A stretch of DNA of 64,000 bases from positions 30,913 to 94,912 of the forward strand of contig CAYXNP010000002.1 in assembly GCA_964466575.1 (NCBI GenBank), read 5' to 3'. Each line of letters begins with the position of its first letter. Position 1 is the stretch's first letter. This DNA comes from Candidatus Woesearchaeota archaeon (GTDB lineage: Archaea > Nanobdellota > Nanobdellia > Pacearchaeales > GW2011-AR1). A program made the position numbers and the translations under genes. Positions 56,232-64,000 of the stretch are shown one piece after another. The notes below the pieces were generated by a model. The model worked only from the letters and a program-made list of their open reading frames with translations, had not been told where the DNA came from and did no database searches.

Positions 56232-58091
56232 TTAATTTTTGTATTTTCTAAGATAAATAAGTAAGAAGATAATTCCAAAAATACTTAATAAAATTCCAAT
56301 CATTTCTTCAATAGTCTTGCTTTGGTAAAAAATTATCCCTTTTGAATCTGAAGGCGGATTGATATACATGAATCCAAGATTAGTTTTATGAATTTCAAGA
56401 TTTTTCCCAGATTCTAAATCTTTTGCTTTCCATGTTTTATGATAAAATTCCTTAAATAAAACTGCATCGTTTTCATCAACAGAATCGTATTTTACTATAA
56501 CTTTGTCTGGATTTTCTCTTTCCCATTCGAAAGCTTTTTCTTTTCCAAATAAATCATCGTCGAGATAATCCACTAAAGAAATAATTTGTTTTGCTTCTAA
56601 ATATTCAAATAAAGTGAAGGCGTAACCATTTAAAGAAAACTTAAGTATAATTTTAAATCTTGCATCATTCTCAAATTTACCCATAGAGTCACTAGTTGTT
56701 CCTTCAAAATATTTTATTCCAAACCAGTCTAAATAATAAATAGATTTATTGATATCTTCTGAATTCCAAATAGCATCAAGAAAATCGCGATGAGTTTGTA
56801 AATTCAACATCCCTGCATCTTGATAACCAAAATTATGTGATACATGGGGCATGAAATAATTAATTGTTTCTCCAAAAACATATCTTGAAGTCCCAAACCT
56901 ATAATTTGAAAACTCGTTTTGCAAAGGAAAATTTTTGTCATTTATTACCTCTTGTATAATTTCGTATCTACTGTTTTCCCCATAATAAGAAAAACTCTCA
57001 AAATTCTTATTTATTATTGTAAAATTCCATAATAATCCAATAAACAAAATCAAAAATAATCCTACGAGCAAATATTTATTTTCAAATAATTTTGTTTTGT
57101 AGATTGTTAATCCTAAAAATATTGATAAAAAAATAGAAAATGGCAAAACAAATCTAACTGGGTCAACTCCGAAAGGATAATGGTTTCCTAATTTTCCTAA
57201 AAGCAAAAATCCGAGGATAAAGACAGCTAATAAAGAGAATAATATTAATTTATTATTCCAACATTTTTTAAAAGATAAAATAAATAAAGCAGGAATAAAT
57301 AAAAATGCCAACACTCCAATTCCGCCTGCTTGCAGCCCCCAACAACACTCGCCAAACCCAAATAAGAATGAAAAATCTGGAGCATAGCCCTCATACCCTG
57401 CCGATGAGTTAGAGTAAAACAAAAAAGGAATAAACCAAAATGAAGAGAGTAAAATTGGAATAGCGCCGTATAAAAATATTTTCTTAATATTAATCCAATT
57501 TATACCTTCAAAAAGAAATCTTAAGAACATTAGAACGCCGATTAAAAATCCGACGATAAAATGTATAAGAATTCCGGCTGTAAAGATTAAACAAAAAAAG
57601 ACAAAATCAATTCTTTTATTCTCTTTTATAGATTTTTCAAGAAAATATAATGAAAAGGGAATTGTCCATAACGCAAAAAAATAAGGCAGGTTGCCTGTGC
57701 TTATCCAATAATATGAAATGCTCAAAACAGTTAGATAACTAAGCCCGCTAAACAAAGATACTTTTTCGTCTTGGGTTTTATATCTAATAAAAAAATAAAT
57801 TCCTATCGATGTTAGGTATATGCTCAAGAAACTGAGAAAGTTTGCTGCAAAAAAAGTGTTTGGGAATAGGGCAGTTAAATAATAAAATAAAGGAGGATAT
57901 AATTTTAAGAATAAAGTTCCAGAATACCACGACATGTCCCAGTCAGCAAATGGGTAGAGTTTGAGGTAAGAAACTTTGCTTAAATGCCCTAACGTATCCA
58001 ATCCTAATGGCTGGTTGCTCAACAAAGGTTTGTAAAATAAAAATAAAGACACAAATAATATTATTAAAATCGAAAATAATTTTTTATTCAT
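56232..58091 (-). CDS. Multi-TM GT-C-like membrane protein (PTPS-related family)
   Basis: D..GH, W...WYSG.....YPPL; ATG at 58091 overlaps the GtrA gene end. Confidence 0.75.
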   Translation of the reverse strand: MNKKLFSILIILFVSLFLFYKPLLSNQPLGLDTLGHLSKVSYLKLYPFADWDMSWYSGTLFLKLYPPLFYYLTALFPNTFFAANFLSFLSIYLTSIGIYFFIRYKTQDEKVSLFSGLSYLTVLSISYYWISTGNLPYFFALWTIPFSLYFLEKSIKENKRIDFVFFCLIFTAGILIHFIVGFLIGVLMFLRFLFEGINWINIKKIFLYGAIPILLSSFWFIPFLFYSNSSAGYEGYAPDFSFLFGFGECCWGLQAGGIGVLAFLFIPALFILSFKKCWNNKLILFSLLAVFILGFLLLGKLGNHYPFGVDPVRFVLPFSIFLSIFLGLTIYKTKLFENKYLLVGLFLILFIGLLWNFTIINKNFESFSYYGENSRYEIIQEVINDKNFPLQNEFSNYRFGTSRYVFGETINYFMPHVSHNFGYQDAGMLNLQTHRDFLDAIWNSEDINKSIYYLDWFGIKYFEGTTSDSMGKFENDARFKIILKFSLNGYAFTLFEYLEAKQIISLVDYLDDDLFGKEKAFEWERENPDKVIVKYDSVDENDAVLFKEFYHKTWKAKDLESGKNLEIHKTNLGFMYINPPSDSKGIIFYQSKTIEEMIGILLSIFGIIFLLIYLRKYKN

Positions 58092-58488
58092 CTTTAAATG
58101 TCCATAATTTATTTCCAATGAAATTTATCATTAAAGTTATTGCTATCGCTATAAGTTGAGATATCATATACCATAATCCAATAAATTCTGTAAAAACATA
58201 TAAGAAAAATAAATTTGAAATCGCGGCCGTAATACTAACAATAAAAAATTTAGAATATTTCTTGGTAGTTTTATACCTTATATCTTTTCTAAATGTCCAT
58301 AGGGTATTTAGAATAAAACTATTTGTAACTGCAACTAAGAATGCAAATAAGGAAGATAAAATATACCAAATAGAAAAAAATTCTGTAAGAACATAAAGAA
58401 CCAGTAAATGAATAATAGTGTTCATAGCTCCAACCACAGAGAATTTAAGGAATTCTTGGGTTATTCTGAAATTTGGTATTTTTATCAT
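58084..58488 (-). CDS. GtrA family protein
   Basis: KFSVVG..NT, NSFILN..WTF, four TMs. Confidence 0.9.
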   Translation of the reverse strand: MIKIPNFRITQEFLKFSVVGAMNTIIHLLVLYVLTEFFSIWYILSSLFAFLVAVTNSFILNTLWTFRKDIRYKTTKKYSKFFIVSITAAISNLFFLYVFTEFIGLWYMISQLIAIAITLMINFIGNKLWTFKDE

Positions 58489-58612
58489 TATAATACATTA
58501 ACAATTTATACTTATTAACTTTATCTAATTTAGTCTTTAATAAAATCAAAAAGTTAAAATACTATATATATTTATAAAAAATTGTAAAGAAATAAAGATA
58601 TTTTAAAATAAA

Positions 58613-59695
58613 ATGATTCAAATAAAAAAAGAGGATTTAGTGGGAATATTATTTATTGGAATAGTCATCTTTTTATTGGGCTTTTATTATTTTAGTTTTT
58701 ATAGAATAGACCAAGAGATTTCCCGAATGAATAATGAGAATATTTTAATTGAAGGAAATAAAGTTGATTTAGATTCCATGACTTTGAGACAAAAAATTGC
58801 GCAGATGATAATGGTGAGAGGGGATGAAAAAGATTTAAGATTTAATAATTTAAATGTTGGAGGAATTTTTTTAGACAGGCAAGGAACAGAAGAGAGATAT
58901 AAAAAATTAATTAATGATTATCAAAGTAATTCTAAAATTAAACTTCTTGTTGCAACTGATTTGGAAGGGGCTTGGTCGCCTTTTTATAATTCTCCAGAAA
59001 GTCAATTGTCTCCTTATTTTTCAGAGGTTGAAACTATTCAAGAAGCGAATGAAATAGGAATAGAGCACGGAGAAATATTAAAGGAAATTGGATTTAACTT
59101 GAATTTTGCTCCTGTTTCTGAATTGAAAGATGATGTTTATGGAGGAAGAACTTTTGCTGGAACAAATGAAGAAATTGAAAATAAGATTGAAGCATATATT
59201 GGCGGTTTGCAGAAAAATGTTCTGGGAACATGCAAGCATTATCCTGGAAAAGCGCTGGAGGAAAATTTGCATTATCAGAAAGACACAGTAACAATAACAA
59301 AAGAAGATCTTGATTTGTTTGATATTTGTTTAGAAAATAATATTTCTGCAATAATGATTAGTCATCAAATCGCTGAGGGAGAATTAAATTCTAATGGAAA
59401 ACCTTCGAGTGTTTCAAAAGAAGTAATTTCGAGTATTGATGAGCCTGTTTTAATTGTTGCTGATGAGATTAATATGAGGGCATTGAAGGATTTTTACCCT
59501 GAGAGAAAAATAATGTATATTGATTTAATTAACGCTGGAGAGAATTTGATTCTTGATTTTCAATTAAGTTCATTTGAAACTTATAGATTGATTAAAAATA
59601 TTGAGAAAGAAGTTGATAAGGGAAGTATTGATGAAAAACTAATTGATGAAAGTGTTAGGAGAGTTTTAATTGCGAAGGGCTATGAAGTGGGGTGA
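58613..59695 (+). CDS. Membrane-anchored GH3 N-terminal-domain glycosidase (NagZ-like)
   Basis: DLEG, NFAPV, KHYPG, M.SH, ADEINM; N-terminal TM. Confidence 0.82.
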   Translation: MIQIKKEDLVGILFIGIVIFLLGFYYFSFYRIDQEISRMNNENILIEGNKVDLDSMTLRQKIAQMIMVRGDEKDLRFNNLNVGGIFLDRQGTEERYKKLINDYQSNSKIKLLVATDLEGAWSPFYNSPESQLSPYFSEVETIQEANEIGIEHGEILKEIGFNLNFAPVSELKDDVYGGRTFAGTNEEIENKIEAYIGGLQKNVLGTCKHYPGKALEENLHYQKDTVTITKEDLDLFDICLENNISAIMISHQIAEGELNSNGKPSSVSKEVISSIDEPVLIVADEINMRALKDFYPERKIMYIDLINAGENLILDFQLSSFETYRLIKNIEKEVDKGSIDEKLIDESVRRVLIAKGYEVG

Positions 59696-59764
59696 GAAAA
59701 AGTTGAAGTTGGAAAATGAAAACTAAACCGACAGATCTAAAAATATTGTATTCTAATTTAGCGT

Positions 59765-60187
59765 ATGAATAACAAGGAATTAGGAAATATGGGAGAAAAA
59801 GAAATCGTTAGTTTAGTTGCTTGTCCTAATTGTAAAAACAAACTCATGCGACTTCCTCTTAATTATCCCCTTGTAGATATTCAATGTAGCGCTTGTTATT
59901 TTAGGGCACAAGTAAAGACAGTGAATTCTTCTCCAAAAAATATCTCTTTTGGTGCTGGATGGGAAATAATGAATAAAGTTTTGAAATCTGGGTATATGGT
60001 TCCGCCGACTTTTTTTAATTTTAAATGGAATGATGGAAAAAGTCAAGAAATAAGGTTTTATCCATTCATACCAAGAATTAATTTAAGAAAATATCAACTT
60101 TCAAAAAAAGCAAGAAGAGCCAATTACAAAATGTTTCATTATATAGGTTTAGATGACTTACCATTTTTTATAGTTTTCGAGAAATAA
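59765..60187 (+). CDS. DpnI-like endonuclease catalytic domain (no C-terminal winged helix)
   Basis: GE...CPNC...N.P..D..C..C...QVK...GAG; RA.Y near the end. Confidence 0.7.
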   Translation: MNNKELGNMGEKEIVSLVACPNCKNKLMRLPLNYPLVDIQCSACYFRAQVKTVNSSPKNISFGAGWEIMNKVLKSGYMVPPTFFNFKWNDGKSQEIRFYPFIPRINLRKYQLSKKARRANYKMFHYIGLDDLPFFIVFEK

Positions 60188-60201
60188 TCACAACAGCACT
60201 C
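60185..60201. repeat. 17-bp direct repeat TAATCACAACAGCACTC, copy 1
   Basis: Identical at 60958-60974. Confidence 0.85.
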
Positions 60202-60272
60202 CCTATTCATCTTTTCGTCAATACATTTTTAAATATCATAATCTTTAAATAATAAGAAAAGAGGGAAGCATC

Positions 60273-60524
60273 ATGGAACAAAATTTACAAGAAATGTCTG
60301 TTTTGAGAAACTTTGAAAAAGATAGTGAATGGTTCCATAAAAATATAAATAAATTGAGGGAAGAGGGTTTTGAAGGGAAATTTGTGGCTGTAAAGAATTC
60401 TAAAACTCTTGCTTCTGATAAAAACGTGGATTTATTAATTAATGAAATAGAAAAAAAGGGAGAGAATCCCTCTTATGTCTTTATAGAATTTGTACATCCA
60501 GAAGGCTTCACTTTAATTCTTTAA
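60273..60524 (+). CDS. DUF5678-like small protein
   Basis: WF..N...L....GKFVAVK...LAS; typical partner of an aspartyl protease gene. Confidence 0.65.
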   Translation: MEQNLQEMSVLRNFEKDSEWFHKNINKLREEGFEGKFVAVKNSKTLASDKNVDLLINEIEKKGENPSYVFIEFVHPEGFTLIL

Positions 60525-60525
60525 A

Positions 60526-60960
60526 ATGAAAAGAATTCCATTGGAAGTTTATGAATTTGCAGGAGATTTAAGAGTAATGGCTCATTTTATTCTAAGAGTG
60601 AAAGAGCTTTCAAGATTTGTTCCGATAAATGCTATTGTTGATACTGGCAGTCCGATAACTCTTATCGGTCCTTTAGATACGAAGAAGATGAGAATTTCTA
60701 AAATACAACTTAAAAAATTAGATGGAAGACACAAACCTGTTAACATTGGCGGTGAAAAAATACAAACTAAAATAATTGAAAAATCAAAATTAAAGTTTGG
60801 AAATGAATTTGAAGTAGAAATGCCTGTAGAAATTCCAATAGAAGATGATGATAATCCAACTCAACCAAGTCTTTTAGGTGTTGATTTTATGTTGAAAACT
60901 AAAGCAAAATTATTTTTTGATCCAGATAAAAGAGAAGCTTATTTTGAAATAGGAGATTAA
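60526..60960 (+). CDS. Retropepsin-like aspartyl protease
   Basis: AIVDTGS, LLG.DF. Confidence 0.8.
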   Translation: MKRIPLEVYEFAGDLRVMAHFILRVKELSRFVPINAIVDTGSPITLIGPLDTKKMRISKIQLKKLDGRHKPVNIGGEKIQTKIIEKSKLKFGNEFEVEMPVEIPIEDDDNPTQPSLLGVDFMLKTKAKLFFDPDKREAYFEIGD

Positions 60961-60974
60961 TCACAACAGCACTC
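60958..60974. repeat. 17-bp direct repeat, copy 2
   Basis: Spans the protease stop and the last codons of the convergent glucosidase. Confidence 0.85.
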
Positions 60975-62088
60975 TTCCTTTCAATAAACTTTCGTAAGCG
61001 AGAATATACATTCCTGCGTTCCAAGCTTGATTGCCTTCCTGGCTGCCGGCATGGGACTTTCCTGGTCTTCCTGTTTTTCCATTAAGCCATTCACCGAAAT
61101 TTGATTTTATGTTTGCTTTTGCAAGCTGTTCCAATTGCTTTTCTGCTTCTTTGATGTTATTGTTTTTTATTAAACACAAAATGTAAAATCCGCCGATAAA
61201 AGTCCAGATTCCCGCGTTGCTGTAATGAAAGGGTTTACCTGCTTCTGAATCCAAAAAATAATCCTGCCAGTCTTTGCTTTTAGGAATTATTGGGGGAAAA
61301 ATTGCTTTTACCGGATATGGTTTATCAATTCTTTTTTCTTTAACATGAGATAAAATTCTTTTTGTTTGTGATTCATCAGCTAAACCAAATAATATTGCTA
61401 AGAAATTTCCCAACGATTCAAACCATTCACCTTTTTCGTGGTAAGTATTATGATTTTTCCAACGCCAAGGTAAATAGTAACCTTTGCTTGCGTCCCACAA
61501 ACCATCGTCTTTGTCTTCGTTGACCATCGCTTTTAGTTTTTGAGACTTGGATGTTTGTCCTGTAATTTTTAAAACATAATAGTAAAGTGCGTTTGTGTTT
61601 ATTGTATGCCCATAACGATGCGGAAATGCGTCAAACCAATCTGATGTCGGCAGCTGCTCAAGCATTCCATCTTCACCCATATCTTGATAACTAAGCCATG
61701 TCAATGCTTTTTTTATTTCAGCAGAATATTTTCTTTCCATAGAACCATCGTTGAATCTTTTTTTGTAAATGTAATGCCCTATTATGAACCATAAAGTTGA
61801 ATCAATTGACTTAAAATCTACATGGGGTTTTCGTTTTGAGAATTTGTCAACAGCGTTGGGAATCTGCCCGTTTTCTGATTGATTAGAAGAAAGAGTTATC
61901 AATGATTGCTTAAATGTTTCCTGGAAATTTTTGTCAAGAAGACTTGCTCCTAATGAAGTTATCATTGAATCCCTGCTCCAGACAGCGTCGTAACCTGGAT
62001 GAGCTGCGAAAAATCCGTTTTTAGTTTTGCATAATTCCAGTACTTCGTTTGCTTTCGCATACGCATCTTCAATTACTTCTTTCTTCAT
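60961..62088 (-). CDS. Six-hairpin glycosidase (amylo-alpha-1,6-glucosidase/GH100-like)
   Basis: WSRD, DSTLW, DW.D, Y.N.G.W, EW, QAWNA. Confidence 0.8.
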   Translation of the reverse strand: MKKEVIEDAYAKANEVLELCKTKNGFFAAHPGYDAVWSRDSMITSLGASLLDKNFQETFKQSLITLSSNQSENGQIPNAVDKFSKRKPHVDFKSIDSTLWFIIGHYIYKKRFNDGSMERKYSAEIKKALTWLSYQDMGEDGMLEQLPTSDWFDAFPHRYGHTINTNALYYYVLKITGQTSKSQKLKAMVNEDKDDGLWDASKGYYLPWRWKNHNTYHEKGEWFESLGNFLAILFGLADESQTKRILSHVKEKRIDKPYPVKAIFPPIIPKSKDWQDYFLDSEAGKPFHYSNAGIWTFIGGFYILCLIKNNNIKEAEKQLEQLAKANIKSNFGEWLNGKTGRPGKSHAGSQEGNQAWNAGMYILAYESLLKGRVLL

Positions 62089-62344
62089 TATTTAAGGAAA
62101 GAGAGAGTGTATTAAAATGTTTTGTTAGTGTGTTAAAACAAACTGATGATGTAATCTTAATATAAATATTGCACATCTCGCGTCCATGTTTTGCTATTAA
62201 TGTTCAAGATTGTCAAAACATAAACACTCGTCCAAAGTTGTGTTATTAACTATTAATTAATCTGCGACTGGAAGAGCAACAAATTATAAGATTAAGAAAA
62301 ATATTTATAAAATTATTTATTTGAAATAATGTAAATAATAAATG

Positions 62345-62791
62345 TTAAATCTTTATCCTCTCATCTTTTATAGTTTTTAGAATTAAAGCTGTGACTGTTC
62401 TTTGAACGAAGTCGTATGTCTGCATTCTTTTTATGAAAATATCTAATTCTCTTCGGCTTTTGAATCGCGCAATTACTAAAACATCGAATTCTCCAGTCGT
62501 GTCATATATAGCCATAACATTAGAATCACTTTTTAATCTGTTTTCCACTTCAGACTCCTGACCCTTGGAAACCCTAATCATAATCAACACGTGAATGTCA
62601 TATCCAAGTTTGTCATAATCGACTCTTGTCGTGAATTGGTTTATGATTTTTTCTTTTTTGAATTGCTTCAATCTTTTTGCGATTGTTACTATGCTGACTT
62701 TTGTATTCTTTGCTAAACTTCTATAGGACTGCCTGGAATTTTCTATCAACTCGTTAAGAATTCTCCTTCCGGTTTCGTCCATTTCATACAT
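62345..62791 (-). CDS. Lrp/AsnC transcriptional regulator
   Basis: N-terminal HTH, DY.KLG, TTGEFD. Confidence 0.9.
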   Translation of the reverse strand: MYEMDETGRRILNELIENSRQSYRSLAKNTKVSIVTIAKRLKQFKKEKIINQFTTRVDYDKLGYDIHVLIMIRVSKGQESEVENRLKSDSNVMAIYDTTGEFDVLVIARFKSRRELDIFIKRMQTYDFVQRTVTALILKTIKDERIKI

Positions 62792-62917
62792 ATTAATATA
62801 ACTAAATAAATGTTTTCATTAAAAAGGTTAACAAGTATTTAATATTTTCTATTTTCGTTATCATTCGTTAACTAAAAGACAAGCAAAGTATATATAGTAT
62901 TAAGTGCGTTATTGGGT

Positions 62918-63223
62918 ATGGTGGCTGCAGCATTAAAAACTGAAGAAGATTACCGAAATATTTCTAGAAGCCGTTTGGAAAGATATGAGGCATTTATTCC
63001 TGATTATAGAGAAGTTCCTGAAGATATGCAGGAGCCAATTCATAGGCTGACTTATTTTATAATCAATGGGAGTTTTCATTCTGCATTGGAAATTGCGTTA
63101 GAAAATAATTTCAGCCATGACTTAATAACTAAATTAAAAAGAGAGTGCAGTTTTTCTCCCGATATAGAAAGAAAAGAAAGAAGAAGTATTTGGAGAAGAG
63201 GAGGACATGATGCCATTGAATGA
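62918..63223 (+). CDS. Hypothetical protein
   Basis: ORF after a TATATATA element; ATG at 62918. Confidence 0.55.
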   Translation: MVAAALKTEEDYRNISRSRLERYEAFIPDYREVPEDMQEPIHRLTYFIINGSFHSALEIALENNFSHDLITKLKRECSFSPDIERKERRSIWRRGGHDAIE

Positions 63224-63482
63224 AAGACAAAGGGTGGAAAGAATAAAGAAAAGAATAGAAAGTGGTGGGTTAAAGTTAAGACAGCTTGAAGATTCAGGAC
63301 ATTCAAATTATGGAGAGTACCACATAGCAAAAAGGGAATTTGATGACGCAAGAAAAGATATGGAAAGATTTCTTAGAACTGTAAAAAGCAGCGACATAAG
63401 AGCAGAATATTCAAAATATACACCAAGAAAATTCGCAGCGAGAATTTTGCATACAACATTAGAAACTATAGGGTTGTATTAA
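63207..63482 (+). CDS. Hypothetical protein
   Basis: GGAGG just upstream; overlaps the previous ORF. Confidence 0.55.
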   Translation: MMPLNERQRVERIKKRIESGGLKLRQLEDSGHSNYGEYHIAKREFDDARKDMERFLRTVKSSDIRAEYSKYTPRKFAARILHTTLETIGLY

Positions 63483-63529
63483 AAAGTGATACTATTTTGA
63501 AGTTTATTCGTTTTTAAAGAATATTGTTG

Positions 63530-64000
63530 TTAATTAAACTTAATCAATTTATAATCATCAAATTCAACATCCATGAAGTCTGTTCTTATTCCAGTATAAC
63601 CGCTTGATAAAATTGGATACCCTTGACTTTTTTTGTAATCTCTTGCTTCCAGAATCAAAATCCAATTATTATTTTTATTTTCATCCATATAAAGTTTAAT
63701 AATTGATTCTCCATTAACGTTTTTAACTTCGCTCCGAATGCCAATCCATTTATCTTTTGGAAGTAAATTAGGATTTAAGCCTCTGTCATAAACTCCAGGA
63801 AATATCTTTTTTGAAGATAAAGTATAATACGTTCCAAAATATTTCTTTTTTATTATAGCTGTTCCATCAGTTCGGACTCCAGCATAATAAAAATTATTTC
63901 CATCTAAGTAGCGGCTCATTAAAAGAATTCCATTATATCCGTCGCGATTTGGGCTTAAGCTTAATTGATCCCTATTAATTTTAAAATAAACTGTCTGTTG
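63530..64000 (-). CDS. Hypothetical protein, possible beta-sandwich/lectin-like domain (5' end outside the window)
   Basis: Frame stays open from 63919 to the window end (QQTVYFK...GILLMSRY); C-terminal GIRTDFMDVEFDD. Confidence 0.6.
   Translation of the reverse strand, partial: QQTVYFKINRDQLSLSPNRDGYNGILLMSRYLDGNNFYYAGVRTDGTAIIKKKYFGTYYTLSSKKIFPGVYDRGLNPNLLPKDKWIGIRSEVKNVNGESIIKLYMDENKNNNWILILEARDYKKSQGYPILSSGYTGIRTDFMDVEFDDYKLIKFN

Noticed and set aside
1..64000. tRNA/rRNA genes, IS elements, stop-codon reassignment
   Set aside because: No cloverleaf or rRNA-like tract and no transposase recognised; genes are full length with TAA, TAG and TGA all acting as stops.

Overview
Very AT-rich (roughly 28% GC by eye), gene-dense archaeal sequence using the standard code, most consistent with a DPANN archaeon (Pacearchaeota/Woesearchaeota-like). 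Support: AglB/STT3 with WWDYG, an archaeal-type GlcNAc-1-P transferase, Lrp/AsnC, and TATA boxes about 29 nt before ATG. (1) 1-26.5 kb is a surface-glycan modification region with eight radical SAM genes (five B12-binding type, one fused to a GT2), two GT9s, a sulfotransferase, a split TPP enzyme, a cytidylyltransferase and a short pyruvate kinase. (2) 26.5-37.3 kb is a variable region: an FGE-domain/Thr-Pro/dockerin-like surface protein, a Cas4-like nuclease, an AbrB-nucleotidyltransferase, a TA cassette flanked by a 31-bp direct repeat, and the best candidate novel system, a five-gene ParB-like / PD-(D/E)XK / SNF2 / ParB-like / radical SAM island. That island is GATC-rich in an otherwise GATC-poor window and has a GATC-containing palindrome around the radical SAM promoter. 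(3) 39-49.3 kb is the N-glycosylation operon. (4) 49.4-64 kb is a sugar-salvage cluster interrupted by small cassettes (HicBA, DpnI-like nuclease, DUF5678-like/aspartyl protease flanked by a 17-bp direct repeat). No tRNA, rRNA, CRISPR array, integrase or reverse transcriptase was recognised. Family names come from motif recognition and counts were made by hand; no database searches were run.
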